Positions 11,496-24,312 of a stretch of 57,647 bases of DNA are shown here, piece after piece. Each line of letters starts with the position of its first letter. The first letter of the stretch is position 1. Below the pieces are notes generated by a model. The model made no database searches, was not told the origin of the DNA, and saw nothing but the letters and a program-made list of their open reading frames with translations. The stretch lies in the NCBI RefSeq assembly GCF_004010195.1, contig NC_057750.1, positions 5,194,159-5,251,805 of the forward strand. Reading direction: 5' to 3'. The position numbers and the translations under genes are program-made. The DNA is from Chiloscyllium plagiosum. Lineage: Eukaryota.

Positions 11496-12534
11496 AAGTC
11501 TCATGGCTTCAGGTTAAACATGGGCAAGGAAACCTCCTGCTGATTACCATGTACCATCCTCCATTGATTGATGAATCAGTGCACTTCCTTATAGACCACT
11601 CGGAGGAAGCAGATGCTGGGTGGGGGAGTCCCATGTCTATGTTGAGCTGGTCGAGTCCTAAAGGACATAGCTGCTAGACTGGGTCCGTGACATGTGGGGA
11701 GAGAACCAACAAGAGGGAAAAACATACTTAACCTCATCTCCACCATGTACCTGTCATAGACAGGTCTATCCACAACAGTATCAGTGGGAGTGACATTATA
11801 CAGTCCTTATGGAGACTAAGTCCTATTTTCATATTGAGGAGACTCTCCATCACTGTATGGCCTCATCACCATGCTAAATGAGACAGACTTCAAACAAATC
11901 TAACAGTTCAAACCTGTGAGGTGCTGTGGACCATCAGCAACAGAACTGCATTCAATCATGTTCTGTAACCTCATGACTTGGCATATTCTTCACTCTACCA
12001 TGACCATCAAACTAAGGGCTCGACCCCGGTTCGACGGAGAGTGGAAGAGGGCATGCCAGGAGCACAGCTACATTGAAACGTCTTGGGGAAGCTACTACAC
12101 AGGACTACTTGAATGTTGAAGAGCGTAAGCATCAAGTGATAGACAGATTAGGTGATCCCATAGCCAACGGATCAGATCTAAGCTCTGCAGTCCTCCCACA
12201 TCCAGCAGCGAATGGTGGTGAACAATTAAATAACTCACTGGAGGAGGAGGCTCCACAAATATCCCCCTCCTCAATGATGGAAGAGCCCAGCACATCAGTG
12301 TAAAAGATAAGGCTGAACCATTTGCAATAATCCTCAGCCAGACGTGCTGAGTAGATGGTCCATCTCGGTCTCCTCCAGTGTGCCCAGCATCACAGATGCC
12401 AGTCTGCAGCCAATTTAATTCACTCCATGGGATATCAAGGAACAGTTAGAACCACTGGATACTGCAAAGATTATGGTGTCTGATAACATTCTGGCAATGG
12501 TACCGAAGACCTTGTGCTCCAGAATTAGTCGATA

Positions 12535-12690
12535 GTGAGGACTACAGACGCTGGAAAGTCAGAGTCGATAAAGTGTGGTGCTGGAAAAAGCACAGCCGGT
12601 CAGGCAGCATCTGAGGAGCAGGAGAGTCAATGTTTTGGGCGTAACCCTGCATCAGGACTGCCCCCAATCCCACTTTATCAACTCCAGAAT
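12535..12690 (-). mobile_element. PLE family B remnant
   Basis: gtgaggactacagacgctgg...gtggtgctggaaaaagcacagc, with a decayed hammerhead region. Confidence 0.65.
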
Positions 12691-13219
12691 TAGTTGCTCC
12701 CCCAGCCAAGCTGTTCCAATGCAGCTACAACACTGGTATCTATACAACAATGTGGAATGTTGTCCAGGTGTGTCCTGTACACAAAATGCTGGACAAATCC
12801 AGCCTGGAGAAATACTCCATCCTCAGTAAAGTGACGGAAGGTGTCATCAACAGCGCTATCAAGCAGCACCTGCTCAGCACTAACCTGCTCAGTGACACCT
12901 TAGTTTAGGCTCCACCAGTGTGACATCCATGAGCCCTAGCAAAACCGGAGTAAATGGGAACCTTGGGGAAATCTATCTCCTGATTGGAGTGACAATGCCA
13001 GCAGTGGGAAACCGTGGTGATGACCAATAAAACAACATAAATGCAAAGGCCACAAAATCACTGTAGAAGCCCTGATATTGGAAATTCGAGGCTGACGATT
13101 GGGGAGGGTAGTGTAGTGATAATGTTACAGTCATGCTCCAGAGACATGAGTTGAAATCCCACTACAGCAAATGGTGAAATTCAAATTTTATGAATTAAGG
13201 CACGAGGAAGATGAAACCC

Positions 13220-13451
13220 AAAAGACCTACGGATGCTGTAAATCAGAAACAAAAAACAGAAATTGCTGGAAAAGCTCAGCAGGTCTGGCAGCATCAGTGG
13301 AGAGAAATCAGAGTTAACGTTTCAAATCCAGTGACCCTTCCTCACCCCTGGTTCACCGGAAGGGTCACTCAATCTGAAACGTTAACTCTGATTTCTCTGC
13401 ACAGATGCTGCCAGACCTGCTGAGCTTTTCCAGCAATTTCTGTTTTTGTTT
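13220..13451. mobile_element. PLE-derived fold-back element, family C
   Basis: Inverted arms of about 95 bp (13247-13341 / 13358-13451) with a decayed gaagggtcact...gaaacgttaact hammerhead region. Confidence 0.8.
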
Positions 13452-13872
13452 TACATTGGAAGATGGTTGTGGTTGTCGGTCAGTCATCTCAGCTCCAGGT
13501 CATCCCTGCAGGAGTTCCTTCAGGTAGTGTCCTAGATCCAACCATCTTCAGTTGCTTCATTGATGACCTTCCCTCCACCATTAAGGTCAGAACTGGGGAC
13601 GTTCGCCGATGATAGCACAATGTTCAACACCATTCACGACTCCTCAGATACTGAAGCACACCATGTTCAAATGCAACAAGATCTGGACAATATCCAGGCT
13701 TGGGCTGTGAAGTGGCAGGTAACATTTGCCCAGTAATGATCATCTCCAACAAGAGAAAATCTAACCATCATTCCTTGTCATTCAATGGCATCACAATCCC
13801 TGAATCTCCCACTATTAACATACTGGGAGGTTACCATTGACCAGAAACTGAACTGGACTAGCCAAATAACTC

Positions 13873-13990
13873 GGAGAAAGTGAGATGCTGGAGATTAGAG
13901 TCAAGAGTGTGGTGCTGGAAAAACACAGCAGGTCAGGCAGCATCCGAGGAGCAGGAAAATTGACATTTCGGGCAAAAGCTCTTCATCAGC
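13873..13990 (-). mobile_element. PLE family B remnant
   Basis: Minus strand reads CTGATGAagagcttttgcccGAAAtgtc. Confidence 0.7.
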
Positions 13991-15228
13991 CAAATAACTT
14001 CTCTGCCTACAAGAGCAGGTCAGAGGTGGGAGCCCTACAGTGTATAACTCATCTTCTGATTCTCCAAAGCCTCAAGTCAGTAGTATGCTGGAATATTCCC
14101 TACTTGCCTGGATGGGTGCAGCTACAACATGACTCTCAAGAAGCTTGACACTGTTCAGGACATTGATTGGCACCACATCCGCAAACATTCTCTCCCTCCA
14201 CTGTTGATGCTCAGTCGCAACAGTGTGTACTATCTACAAAATGGACTGTAGTAACTTACCAAGGCTCCTTAGACAGCACCTTCCAAACCCACTTCCATTT
14301 AGAAGGACAAGGACAGCAGATACATGGGAACACCTATCCCCTGCAAGTTCCCCTCCAAGTCACTCAACATCCTGACTTGGAAATATATCTCTGTTTCTTC
14401 AAATCCTGGAATTCCCTCCCCAATGGCACTGTGTGGGTGTCCTTACACCACATGGACTGCAGCAGTTCAAGAAGGCACCTTCTCAGGAGGGGGCAATTAG
14501 GCCCAGACAGTGACACTGACACCCGTGAACAAAATTCTTAACAAAGTGTTTCTTTCCCTTGTGTAACACAATAGGATTCAGTAGTGGGTCTGTAAGACCT
14601 GACTCTCTCTGAAGGTTAATTTATCTGCAACTCATTTCTTTTTTGGCTGTTTAATGAAAGTGCATTCTGTCTTGACCTCATGTTAAAAATAAATTAATAG
14701 CAGCATCTGGAAACTATCAAGGGCCCAGTGTTTGGAAAACAGTGATCCAGTCACCAAACATGAGCAGCTCCATTTCCTCCAATAAGCCACCTGTAATATT
14801 TGTTTACTCATCTCTATAGAAACCACTAGTTTTAGTTTCTGCAATAAGGAAACGGGATCTTGGCCACCAGTTATTGATAAGTAAACTGGTAGATAAACTG
14901 AGTGTGCAACCGGCCTATTTATATTTTAAATGGTGCCTTTTCTATTCAGTCACGGGATGTGGGCGTCACTGATAAGGCCAGTACTTATCACCCGCCCCTA
15001 ATTACCTAGAGGGCAGTTCAGAGTCAACCACTGTGGGTCGGGACTCACACGTAAGCCCAGATCAGGGAAGGGCAGTAGTTTCCTTGCCTGAAGCAGATAG
15101 GGTTTTCCTGACAATCGGCTGCAGTTTTATGGTCATTATTCATTGCAGATTTTGATTGAATTCAAATTCCACCATCTGCGTGGTGTGATTTGAACCCATG
15201 TCCCCAGAATATTACTGGGTCCCTGGTT

Positions 15229-15790
15229 TATAGAATCCCTACAGTGCAGAAGCTGGCCATTCAGCCCATTTGAGTCCATAATGACCCTCCAAACAGCATC
15301 CCGTCCAGAACCACCCCTACTATATCACTGTAACCCTGCATTTCCCACAGCCAATACATTTATCCCTCCTCACTATAGGTAATTTAGCATGGCCAATCCA
15401 CCTAACGTGCACATCTTTGGCCGGTGGGAGGAAATTGGAGCACCTGGAGGAAACCCACGCAAACAATGGGAGAATGTGCAAGCTCACCCGCCTCAGGGAA
15501 CTGTCTGTGTGGAGTTTGCACATTCTCCCAGTGTCTGCATGGGTTTCCTCCCACAGTCCAAAAATGTGCAGGTTAGGTGAATTGGCCATGGTAAATTGCC
15601 CGTAGCGTTAGGTGTAGGGGTTTGGGTGAATAGCTCTTCAGAGGGTCGGTGGAGACTTGTTAGGCCGAAAGGCCTGTTTCCACACTGTAAGTAATCTAAT
15701 CTAATCCAGACAGTCGCCCGAGGCTGGAATCAAACCCTGATCCCTGGTACTATGAGGCAGCAGTGCTAACCACTGAGCCACCGTGCCACC
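15229..15790 (-). mobile_element. HE1-type V-SINE interrupted by an opposite-strand copy
   Basis: Head ggtggcacggtggctcagtggttagcactgctgcctca at 15790-15750; V-domain and tail at 15229-15487. Confidence 0.85.
15488..15705 (+). mobile_element. 5'-truncated HE1-type V-SINE
   Basis: tgtgtggagtttgcacattctccc...ggcctgtttccacactgtaagtaatctaatctaat. Confidence 0.85.
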
Positions 15791-16296
15791 TTATAATGAA
15801 TTTGCTAGATTAATAATCTAGTGATAATATCACTAGGCTATCATTGAATAAGGTGTTGAGTATGTACGGTACAGTTAGAAACAGGTATAGTCAGTTAGAT
15901 AGTGGCAGTATTATTTTTCCATGCCATGGTGGGGAGATAGTGATAATGATGACTGGATTAGTAATTGGAGCATAGATCCAAATCCCACATCGGCCATCCT
16001 CTGGGATTTATCAGTTCATCAAATATGGAACTGACCACTTGTTTTACAGCAAATTCAAAGACAACTCTTTAAATCCCTTCTTCCTTCAATCCAGCAATGC
16101 TGCTGCTAAATATTTAATTCAAATTTTTATTTTTGTCCATCCCGCCTCAAATATTTTGTAAAAATGTATTCTTTCATCACTGGCAGAGTCAACATTTGTT
16201 ACCCCTCTTTGACTGCCCTCCAACTGAAGTCCCTTGTTAGTGCCATTTCAGAGGGCAGTTAGAAGTCAACCACGTTGCTGTGGATCAGAAGTCACG

Positions 16297-16660
16297 TGGA
16301 GTCAGAGAGCTGTACAGCACAGAAACAGAAACCAATCCGTCTATGCCGACCAGATATCCTAAATCAATCTAGTCCTACTTGCCAACCGTTGACCCATGTC
16401 CCTCCAAACCCTTCCTATTCATACACCATCCAGATGCCTTTTAAATGTTGTAATTGTACCAGCCTCCATCACTTTCTCTGGCAGCTCATTCTATACATGC
16501 ACCACCCTCTGTGTGATAATGTTGTTCCTTAGGTCCCTTTAAATCTTACCCATCTCACCTTAAATCTATGCCCTCTAGTTTGGACTCCCCTACTCTGAGG
16601 AAAAAGACCCTGATTATTCACCTATCCAATGCCCCTTATAATTTTATAAACCTATATAAA
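16297..16660 (-). mobile_element. CR1 3' fragment inside a SINE family 2 copy (16170-17165)
   Basis: Tail plus the WNELP region. Confidence 0.8.
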
Positions 16661-16948
16661 GTGGCATGGTGGCACAGTGGTTAGCACTGCTGCCTCACAG
16701 TGCCAGGGACCTGGGCTCGATTCCAGCCTCGGGTGACTGTGTGGAGTCTGCATGTCCTTCCTGTGTCTGTGTGGGTTTCCTTCCACAATCCAAAGATGTG
16801 CAGGTCAGGTGAATTGGCCATGTTAAATTGCCAATAGTGTTAGATGCATTAGTCAGTGGGAAATTGGTCTGCGTGGGTTACTCTTCAGAGGGCTGGTGTG
16901 GACTTGTTGGACCGAAGGGTCTGTTTCCATACTGTAGGGAATCTAATC
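16661..16948 (+). mobile_element. HE1-type V-SINE
   Basis: tRNA-like head (tggcacagtggttagc; ggctcgattcc), V-domain and CR1-like tail. Confidence 0.88.
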
Positions 16949-17164
16949 ATGTGTATATATATACAGGCAAGGACAGCAGATTTTCTTCCTTTAAGGACGT
17001 TAGTGAACCAGATGGCTTTTTGCAACAATCAATATTAAATTCATGGTCATCATCACTCGGACTAGCTTTCAATTCTGGATTTTATTAATTGAATTTAAAT
17101 TCCACCAGCTGCCATGGTAGGATTTGAACTTGTGTTCCCACTGGTTGAACCTCTGGATTATCGT

Positions 17165-17440
17165 AACAAAACAAAGCACTGCAGCTGCCGGAGATCTGAG
17201 GTAAACAAGATCAGAAATTCTGAAGAGGAGTCACTGGCCCTGAAATGTTGACTGTGCTCTATTGCTGTAGATACTGCTGAGTTCCTCCAGCAATTTGTTT
17301 TTGTCCCAGATTCCCAGCAGTTCTTTGTTATACGAGAAACAAAAATTCTGAAGGGTCACTGAATCCGATATATCAGCTCTGCTTTCTCTCCCACAGATGC
17401 TGTCAGACCCGTCGAGTTTCCCAGCAATTTCTGTTTTTGG
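17165..17440. mobile_element. PLE family C remnants
   Basis: ttctgaagaggagtcactggccctgaaatgttgact and ttctgaagggtcactgaatccga, with tails like 13380-13451. Confidence 0.6.
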
Positions 17441-17865
17441 TTGCCTCAGTTTTACTAGTCCAGCAACATTACCATCTCTCCCTATCTCTTCAGCTGGGTA
17501 TAAATTAGTGTCTCCAATTTGCAACCTAATCTACACTCAGAAAACTCACTTTCATCTTGGGAGACAAACTGCTGGAGAGGCGTAGATTTTAAAATAAAAC
17601 CTGACTCACCATGGTACAGGAGACAAAATCAAAGGAAACAAAGTTCTTTCAAACCCATTTCAAACTTGTATTTATTCTATCCAAAGCCCTATTTACAAAC
17701 AAATGTGGATTTTGAAAGCTCTGCCTTCACCACAGAGTTTTTATGATATTTCTCCTTTGGTCTTTCTCACCATTGCCCAGGCTAGCTTTCAAATTCCTGT
17801 TTTTATTTATTTAATTTAAATGTCACTAGGATTTGAACCATGTCCCCAGAGCCAGAGGATTACTG

Positions 17866-18030
17866 TAATAAAACAAAGGCTAGTGGTTGCCAGAGATCTG
17901 AAACTAACAAAAGCAGAAATTGCTAGAGAAGTTCAACAGTACCTGTGGGAGGTAGAAACAGAGTTAATGTTCCAAGCCTGATGACCCTTCTATACAGACG
18001 CTGTCAGACCTGCCGAGATTCTGTCTTTTA
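17866..18030. mobile_element. PLE family C remnant
   Basis: cagaaattgctagagaag...gagttaatgtt...tgacccttc. Confidence 0.55.
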
Positions 18031-18105
18031 TATCATTCCTGGTTGTTATAAGAATTCTGCACAAGCTGCTGTGAATCCGTGATGGCAAAGAGTCTGTCAT
18101 TTAAA

Positions 18106-18368
18106 GATTAGATTAGATTAGATTACTTACAGTGCGGAAACAGGCCCTTTGGCCCAACAAGTCCACATTGACCTGCCGAAGCGCAACCCACCCATTCCCC
18201 CACATTCACTTAACCTGCACATTTTTGGACTGTGGGAGGAAACCGGAGCACCCGGAGGAAACCCACGCAGACACGGGGAGAACGTGCAAACTCCACACAG
18301 TCAGTCGCCTGAGGTGGGAATTGAACCCGGGTCTCTGGCACTGTGAGGCAGCAGTGCTAACCACTGTG
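18106..18368 (-). mobile_element. HE1-type V-SINE
   Basis: (TCTAA)n tail, V-domain and tRNA head. Confidence 0.9.
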
Positions 18369-19466
18369 ACAGAGAAATCCCCTTTATTTACAACCTTAAA
18401 GCTCTGCATTTCCCATTTAATTGCAGTGGGGCTAATCTCCAAAATGTTACTTCCCAGTTAACTCCACTGCTATGACACTCCCTCCTCAGCTTTTCTCACC
18501 TAACATTTCATTTCCGTAGTTGCTTCTATTGCTGTTTTCACTTTCCTTTCTCCCTTTCATCATGTACTCAAACTTTGTGAGAAATCTTTGGGGACATAGC
18601 CACTCACGTTATCCCTCCAGGGCAAGACTTAAACTTGCAACCTTCTGACTCTGAGATGACAACACTCCGACTCAATGATGGCCTCTGATAACAGATCGAG
18701 GGAAAGGACGTGCCCGATAGACCGAATGGCCTGAGACCTTTAATAAACAGTCGTAGCTGGGTTCTTTAAATGTTAACAAAAGCTCTAAAGGGCAATGGTG
18801 TCAGACTCAGGAGGCTGTTTTGACTGGCTTGCCACAGACTTGTGACCTCTCTCTCTGCTTAAAAGCCTTGTGTGCAGTTTGTGGCACACAATTACACACA
18901 TCACTTGAAAATGTGAGTGTCAGGAATGGTGCAGTAAGCCGTAAAGTAGCAGTAAGCTACTGAAAGCAGCAATGAATTTTTTTTAAATATAAATGATTGG
19001 TCTACCAGATATTAGGGACAAGTCAAAATGGCTGTGCATTTTCCACTCCTTGCTGCTGTGGACATGAAAGAAGATATGAGACAAGTAGAGTATTCTGTCT
19101 CTGTCAGTAGGAAAGCTACAAAATAGCTACAGAAGTAATCTTTGAAAAGCCTGAGCAGATAAGAGTAGAACCATATGTTCAAAGAGATCTGGGTAATGCT
19201 GCTTTCATACTGTGAACTGATGATGGTAGTTTTAGTTTCTAAACAGTGAAGATCTCAAACAGCTATTAACAAACTTATAACCATCACTCTCTAAATTTTA
19301 GCGAGTTTAACTTATGAGCGTTTGTAACTTTCAGGGCCTCAAATTGCTGGGGGTACACAAAGTTTGAGGCACATCCTGGTCAATATTATTGAAGTTACAA
19401 CTTGACGTCAACATTGTCTTGAGCAACTTTTGCTCTTCCTGAGCCACTTGCAGTTGTCAGCCTGTT

Positions 19467-19485
19467 CCACCAGTAGGTGGAGCAA
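19467..19485 (+). promoter_or_regulatory. Weaker candidate CTCF site
   Basis: CCAGTAGGTGGAGC, one mismatch to the CTCF core, in unique intergenic DNA. Confidence 0.3.
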
Positions 19486-19551
19486 TGTGTATTCAAACAT
19501 GAAACTGTAACATTACTTTGGATTTGATGTACAAATACCATTCAGAATGGT

Positions 19552-19581
19552 GGAGGGGAGGGGAGGGGAGGGGAGGGGAGG
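19552..19581 (+). repeat. (GGGGA)n microsatellite
   Basis: Directly visible. Confidence 0.9.
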
Positions 19582-19758
19582 TGGATCTAGTCAACAGCAA
19601 TGATTGCTCATTTCTGATGGGATCTGCGAACAAAAGAAAATCTTCAATGTCAGCTGCGGCAGCTGTTTATTAATAATAATAAAAAAGTTTCCACCAAATA
19701 TTTTTTAAAAAATCAGGGTTGTAAAAGCAGCCTGATCAGATTTCAAGAAACAACTAAC

Positions 19759-19980
19759 AAGTTAAAAATCTCACAAACCAGGTTATTGTCCAACAGGTTT
19801 AATTGGAAGTACTAGCTTTCGGAGCGTTGCTCCTTCATCAGGTGGTTGTTCTACAACCACCTGATGAAGGAGCAGTGCTCCGAAAGCTAGTACTTCCAAT
19901 TAAACCTGTTGGACAATAACCTGGTGTTGTGAGATTTTTAACTTTGTGCAGCCCAGTCTAACACCAGCATCTCCAAATCA
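19759..19980. mobile_element. PLE family A near-perfect hairpin with hammerhead cores on both strands
   Basis: Arms 19759-19849 and 19853-19944 with a 3-nt loop. Confidence 0.88.
19856..19895 (+). ncRNA. Minimal hammerhead ribozyme motif (family A)
   Basis: ccac-CUGAUGA-a-GGAGC-agu-GCUCC-GAAA-gc-UA/guac. Core intact, helix I weak in this copy. Confidence 0.55.
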
Positions 19981-20504
19981 CAAGTAAAACGTGTATGCTT
20001 GACCATATATTAATCTCCTTACAGAACTCAAGATATAACTATAGTCTTGCATCCCAAATTCCTGTCAAAGCTCTTCCTGATCCTGGGTGTTGCAGGTACA
20101 TTAATGCAGAGATGGAAAAAGGTGGGGGGAAAAGAGTAGCTGCTCTTTAACAGAAAGGCCATTTGCTCCATTGAATGAACGTTTTCCAGGAATGTAATCA
20201 ATTTCATCCAGGAATAGGATGGATTGAGCTTGCTGAAAAACCGGAGCCCAAGTCTATTCAGAATTACCTACAATTGATGAGAATTGTTCTGTGATGGTGG
20301 CTATTTCTAGCAGTGTTTATCTTGGCGTTGATAAAACACACACACACCATTCCTGAGCAATCCCAAGCAATTCACAGCGATGAGTTAGCACAGTACTTAA
20401 AAACGACATAGAACTTACAGCTCAGGAACAGGCCATTCAGCCCAACCAGTCTATGCCAGTGATTATGCTTCACATGACCTCCATCTTCCTTCATCGCATT
20501 CACT

Positions 20505-21175
20505 GATACATCTGGAGTACAGTGCATAGTTCTAGTCACCCTTCTATAGGAAGGGCATTATTAAATTGGAGGGGGTTCTGAAAACGTTTATCACAATGTT
20601 GATGCTAGGATTGGAGGGTTTGAGTTATAAGGAGGACCTCCATAGACTGGGTCTTTTTTCAAAGTGAAAGTGAGGACTGCAGATGCTGGAGATTAGAGTT
20701 GAGAGTATGGTGCTGGAAAAGCACAGGTCAGGCAGCACCTGAGGAACAGGAGAATCAACATTTCGGGCAATAGCCCCTCATCAGAAATTCTTTTACTAGC
20801 AAGTAGGAGGTTGAGGGGTGATACTATAGAGGCTTATAAAATCAAGAGGGGCACAGATAAGTTAAAGAGCAAAGGTCTTTTCTCAGGAGTAGGCAGATTT
20901 TTAAGGTGAGAGGAGAAAGATTTAAAAGTGAGCCGAGGGGAACCTTTTTTACACAGAGGGTGGCTCGTAGCTATAAATAACTGCCAGAGGAAGTGGTAGA
21001 TGCAGGTACAGTTACAATATTTAGAAGACATTTGGTCAGATACCCAAAATAGGAAAGGTTTAAAGGGATACAGGTCAAACAGACAGGTGGGACAAGTTTA
21101 GTTTGAGATTATGGTGAGCATGCACTGGTTGGACTGAAGGGTCTGTTTCCCTGCCATATGACTTTATGGCTCTGA
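20505..21175 (+). mobile_element. CR1 3' fragment interrupted by a PLE family B piece (20663-20790)
   Basis: LEYSA.F.SP.YRK..IKLE motif through the 3' tail. Confidence 0.82.
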
Positions 21176-21711
21176 TTAAATTTTGATACCAAAGATATTT
21201 TGGGGGGAATCATTCATCTATCACTGCTCAACACCATAGAGTTTTGAAGCAAAAACTTGTACAACAAAGTCTTTTGTTAAATAAGATAGTTTTTTAAATT
21301 ACAGGGTTATAATAATGAATCACTATTTTATGGTTTGCAGATATTTAGTGCTTTCTATTTCAGACACTTATGGTTAGGAATTCTAACTTCATTTCATAAT
21401 TCAGGAATTGTCCAAATAGGTTGGACTGAATGGCCTGTAAATTCTACTGGTGTAATTCAAAGCGTTCTACTGTATAAGGCAAATGGTCAAAAGCTTGATC
21501 AACAGCGTCTTGTGAGGAGGAGAGGGAAAGAGAGAGAGACTTGGAGAGGAAATTTCAGAGCATAGTCATTGGCAGCATGTTGGTTGCCAATACTGCAATG
21601 GCAGGAATCAAGGATGCACAAGAGACCAGAATTCAAGACCACATATCTTGAAGGATTATAGAGGTGGACAGGATTACAGATGGTGAAAATCTGGAGTTCA
21701 GAAGTATGGAG

Positions 21712-22070
21712 AGGGAAACCTATAAAATTCTAACAAGATTAGACAGGGTAATCATAGAAAGGATGTTCCCGATGACTGGCGAGTCCAGAACCAGGGGTCA
21801 CAGTCCAAAGGTGCAGGGTAGGCCACTTAGAACTGAGATGAGGAGAAATTTCTTCACCTGGAGAGTGGTAAGCCTATGGAATTCTCAACCACAGTAAAGT
21901 GTTTGAGGCCAAAATATTCATATTTTCAAAAAGGAGATAGATATAGTTCTTTGGGCTAAAGGGTATAGGGAGAAAGCACAAATAGGGGACTGAGTTGGAT
22001 AATTAGCTATGATCATATTGATTGGGGGGAGCAGACTGAATGGCCTGCCCTGCTCCTATTTTCTAGGCTT
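21712..22070 (+). mobile_element. CR1 3' fragment (other subfamily)
   Basis: ETYKIL...RTRGH...RRNFF..RVVSLWNS. Confidence 0.82.
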
Positions 22071-22236
22071 CTATAAAGGAGCAGCCTCTGGTTTTTGTCC
22101 CTCTTCATCCAAAACCTCAAACATACCTAATGTAAATGGCCAGAGCTGCATGAGCACAGAAACAAGGGGCCAAAGGGTGGAGACTTATATAGATAGCATT
22201 GTGACGATGAACAACAGGGAGAATTTAATCAAACAA

Positions 22237-22372
22237 GGTTCTGAGGAAGGGTCACTCAACCTGAAATATTAACTCTTGACATCTCTCCACAAATGCTGCC
22301 AGACCTGCTGAGCTTTTCCAGCGATTTCTGTTTTTATCTCTAATGTACAGCATCCGCAGTTCTTTCGGTTTT
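22237..22372 (+). mobile_element. PLE family C remnant with CpG-decayed hammerhead
   Basis: gttCTGAGGAagggtcactcaacctGAAAtattaact. Confidence 0.7.
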
Positions 22373-23734
22373 TATTATGTAAGCTAATTGTTTGCTGGCA
22401 AGTAAAAACTAGGATTTGCCATATACTCTGCCTTCTCACATGGTTTCATTCTAACTGCTACATTTGCTGTTCTATCTTCCCACATTCATCGTACGAAATG
22501 TCCAACAGGCACTCTATGCATGCCACAGACTGTAGTTTTTGTATACAAGGACAAAGAAAGTCAACCAGTTAAAAAGAAAACACACACAAATTATAGGCAG
22601 ACTCTTCGTACATTTATTACCCTCGTAACATTAGAAAGATCCAAGCAACTATAGTACATAAATAAGTTACTATTTGCATGGAAAAGGATCCTGGAATCAA
22701 TTTCTTCAGTCATTTCCCCAATCGTCAATGTTTCTACTGAGGTTTTTTTTAAATTACATTATCCACTGTCATAGAAAAATAGATTTAGAAGAAACACATA
22801 ATTCACATAGTCAAATTTACAGAGGTGGTTAAGATTTTCACTATATATAATGTATACATTTGCAGGCAGAAATCAGTCGTCAACATATAGGTCACACAAA
22901 GATGAACTTAAAAAGGAAAGTGGACAGCAGTTGCAGAAGGTGCATCCAACATATTGCTGAATCTACTCTAATTAACATCTTGGCATAACCCACAGTAGTT
23001 GGATTGTAGTGGAGTGGTACAATTAATGCAGCCTAGGGCAATTATATACTTTTAAATAGTCTCATTATAGGGCCAATGTTAAAACCAGATAAGTGCTTAA
23101 TACTACAAGTTGCTGGGCAGCAAGTTAACAAGAGCAAGTCCTACACTTACAAACGAGTAGTTTTCAAACTGAACTGAAGTAGTGGCGATACCCAAGGAGT
23201 GGTGGGATTATGACTTGGGAATTTTATTCAGATGTGGTTTCTTTATTCTTGATTTTTGGCTAGGTAGATCTGTTTAAAATTTAATCAGCAAATCACATTC
23301 AAAAACTGACAACTAAAATTTCCCTCCTTGGGATGGATCCCCATACGCCCAAACAGTGGCCCCTAACTCGACCCCAGCACACGCTAAATCACTGACTTTG
23401 GAGCACGAAAAGGGGTGGAAAAATTGGGAGAAACTCCTGATCGAACTTCTGTATCGTATTGCCCTGCTGATGACCCTTATCCTCAAGAAGTTTGCTAGCC
23501 ATTTGGCTATTAAAGCTCACACAGAGTGGCTGTGGTAGTACAGGTAAACTGTTCAACAGACTGGAGATTTTGGGGGGACGGGGATGGTGGAATATCACAG
23601 AAATGAGTGAAAATGGCATAACATTATAGATCAACCACTACCTACATGAATTGCAGAACACATCTCTGGGTGTGAATAGCTTCTTTCAGTTCGTATGTTC
23701 ACATCATGCATCATGCTTTAAGTAGCATGCAGTT

Positions 23735-24312
23735 ACCATTGACCAGAAACTGACTGGACTTGCCATATCATTACTGTGGCTACAAGCACAGGTCAGAGAC
23801 TAGGAACCCTGTAGCAAGTAACTCACCTCCTGACTCCCCAATGCCTGCCCACCACCAAGACAAGTCAGGAGTACACTGCAGTAACCCCCTTAGATGATTG
23901 CAGCCCTAATAACACTCAATAAGCTTGATCCTGAACAAAGTTCCGGCCTGACTGATGCCACATCCACCATATCTCTCCATCACCGACACTCAGAAGAAAT
24001 AGTGTGGACCACCTACAAGATACACTGCAGAAATTCACCAAGGGTCGTACAACATCACCTACCAAAACCTACAACCACAACCATCTAGAAGGACAAGGGC
24101 AGCAGATACATGGGAACACCATCCCCTGAAAGTACCCTCTGAGTTACTCACCATCCTGACTTGAAAGTATAGTGCCGTTCGGTCAACATCCTTGAGCTCC
24201 CTCCCCAACAGCAATATAGTCCAACCTATACCACACAGACTGCAGCAAATCAAGGCAGCAACTCACCACTAACTTCAAGGTAACTAGCGATGGGCAATAA
24301 GCCAGCGATGCC
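23735..24312 (+). mobile_element. 3' part of the second LINE family
   Basis: Collinear with 13830-14540 (gttaccattgaccagaaactg...gatgggcaataa). Confidence 0.78.

Larger units (their letters stand above)
11496..14540 (+). mobile_element. Degenerate CR1/L2-group LINE of a second family, with several nested inserts
   Basis: Endonuclease-like EVSWLQVKHGQGNLLLITMYHPP at the start, RT GVP.GSVL.PTIFSCFIDDL...FADD at about 13510-13612, tail at about 14490-14540. Confidence 0.78.
14945..15845 (-). mobile_element. SINE family 2 copy interrupted by nested HE1-type SINEs
   Basis: Body at 14945-15228, head resumes at about 15806-15845. Confidence 0.7.

Noticed and set aside
16661..16730. tRNA-like A/B boxes here and at other SINE heads
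   Set aside because: They continue into SINE bodies and do not form a complete tRNA.
19215..19295. TGATGA suggesting a C/D snoRNA
   Set aside because: No suitably placed terminal CTGA box D, and the site is not in an evident host intron.
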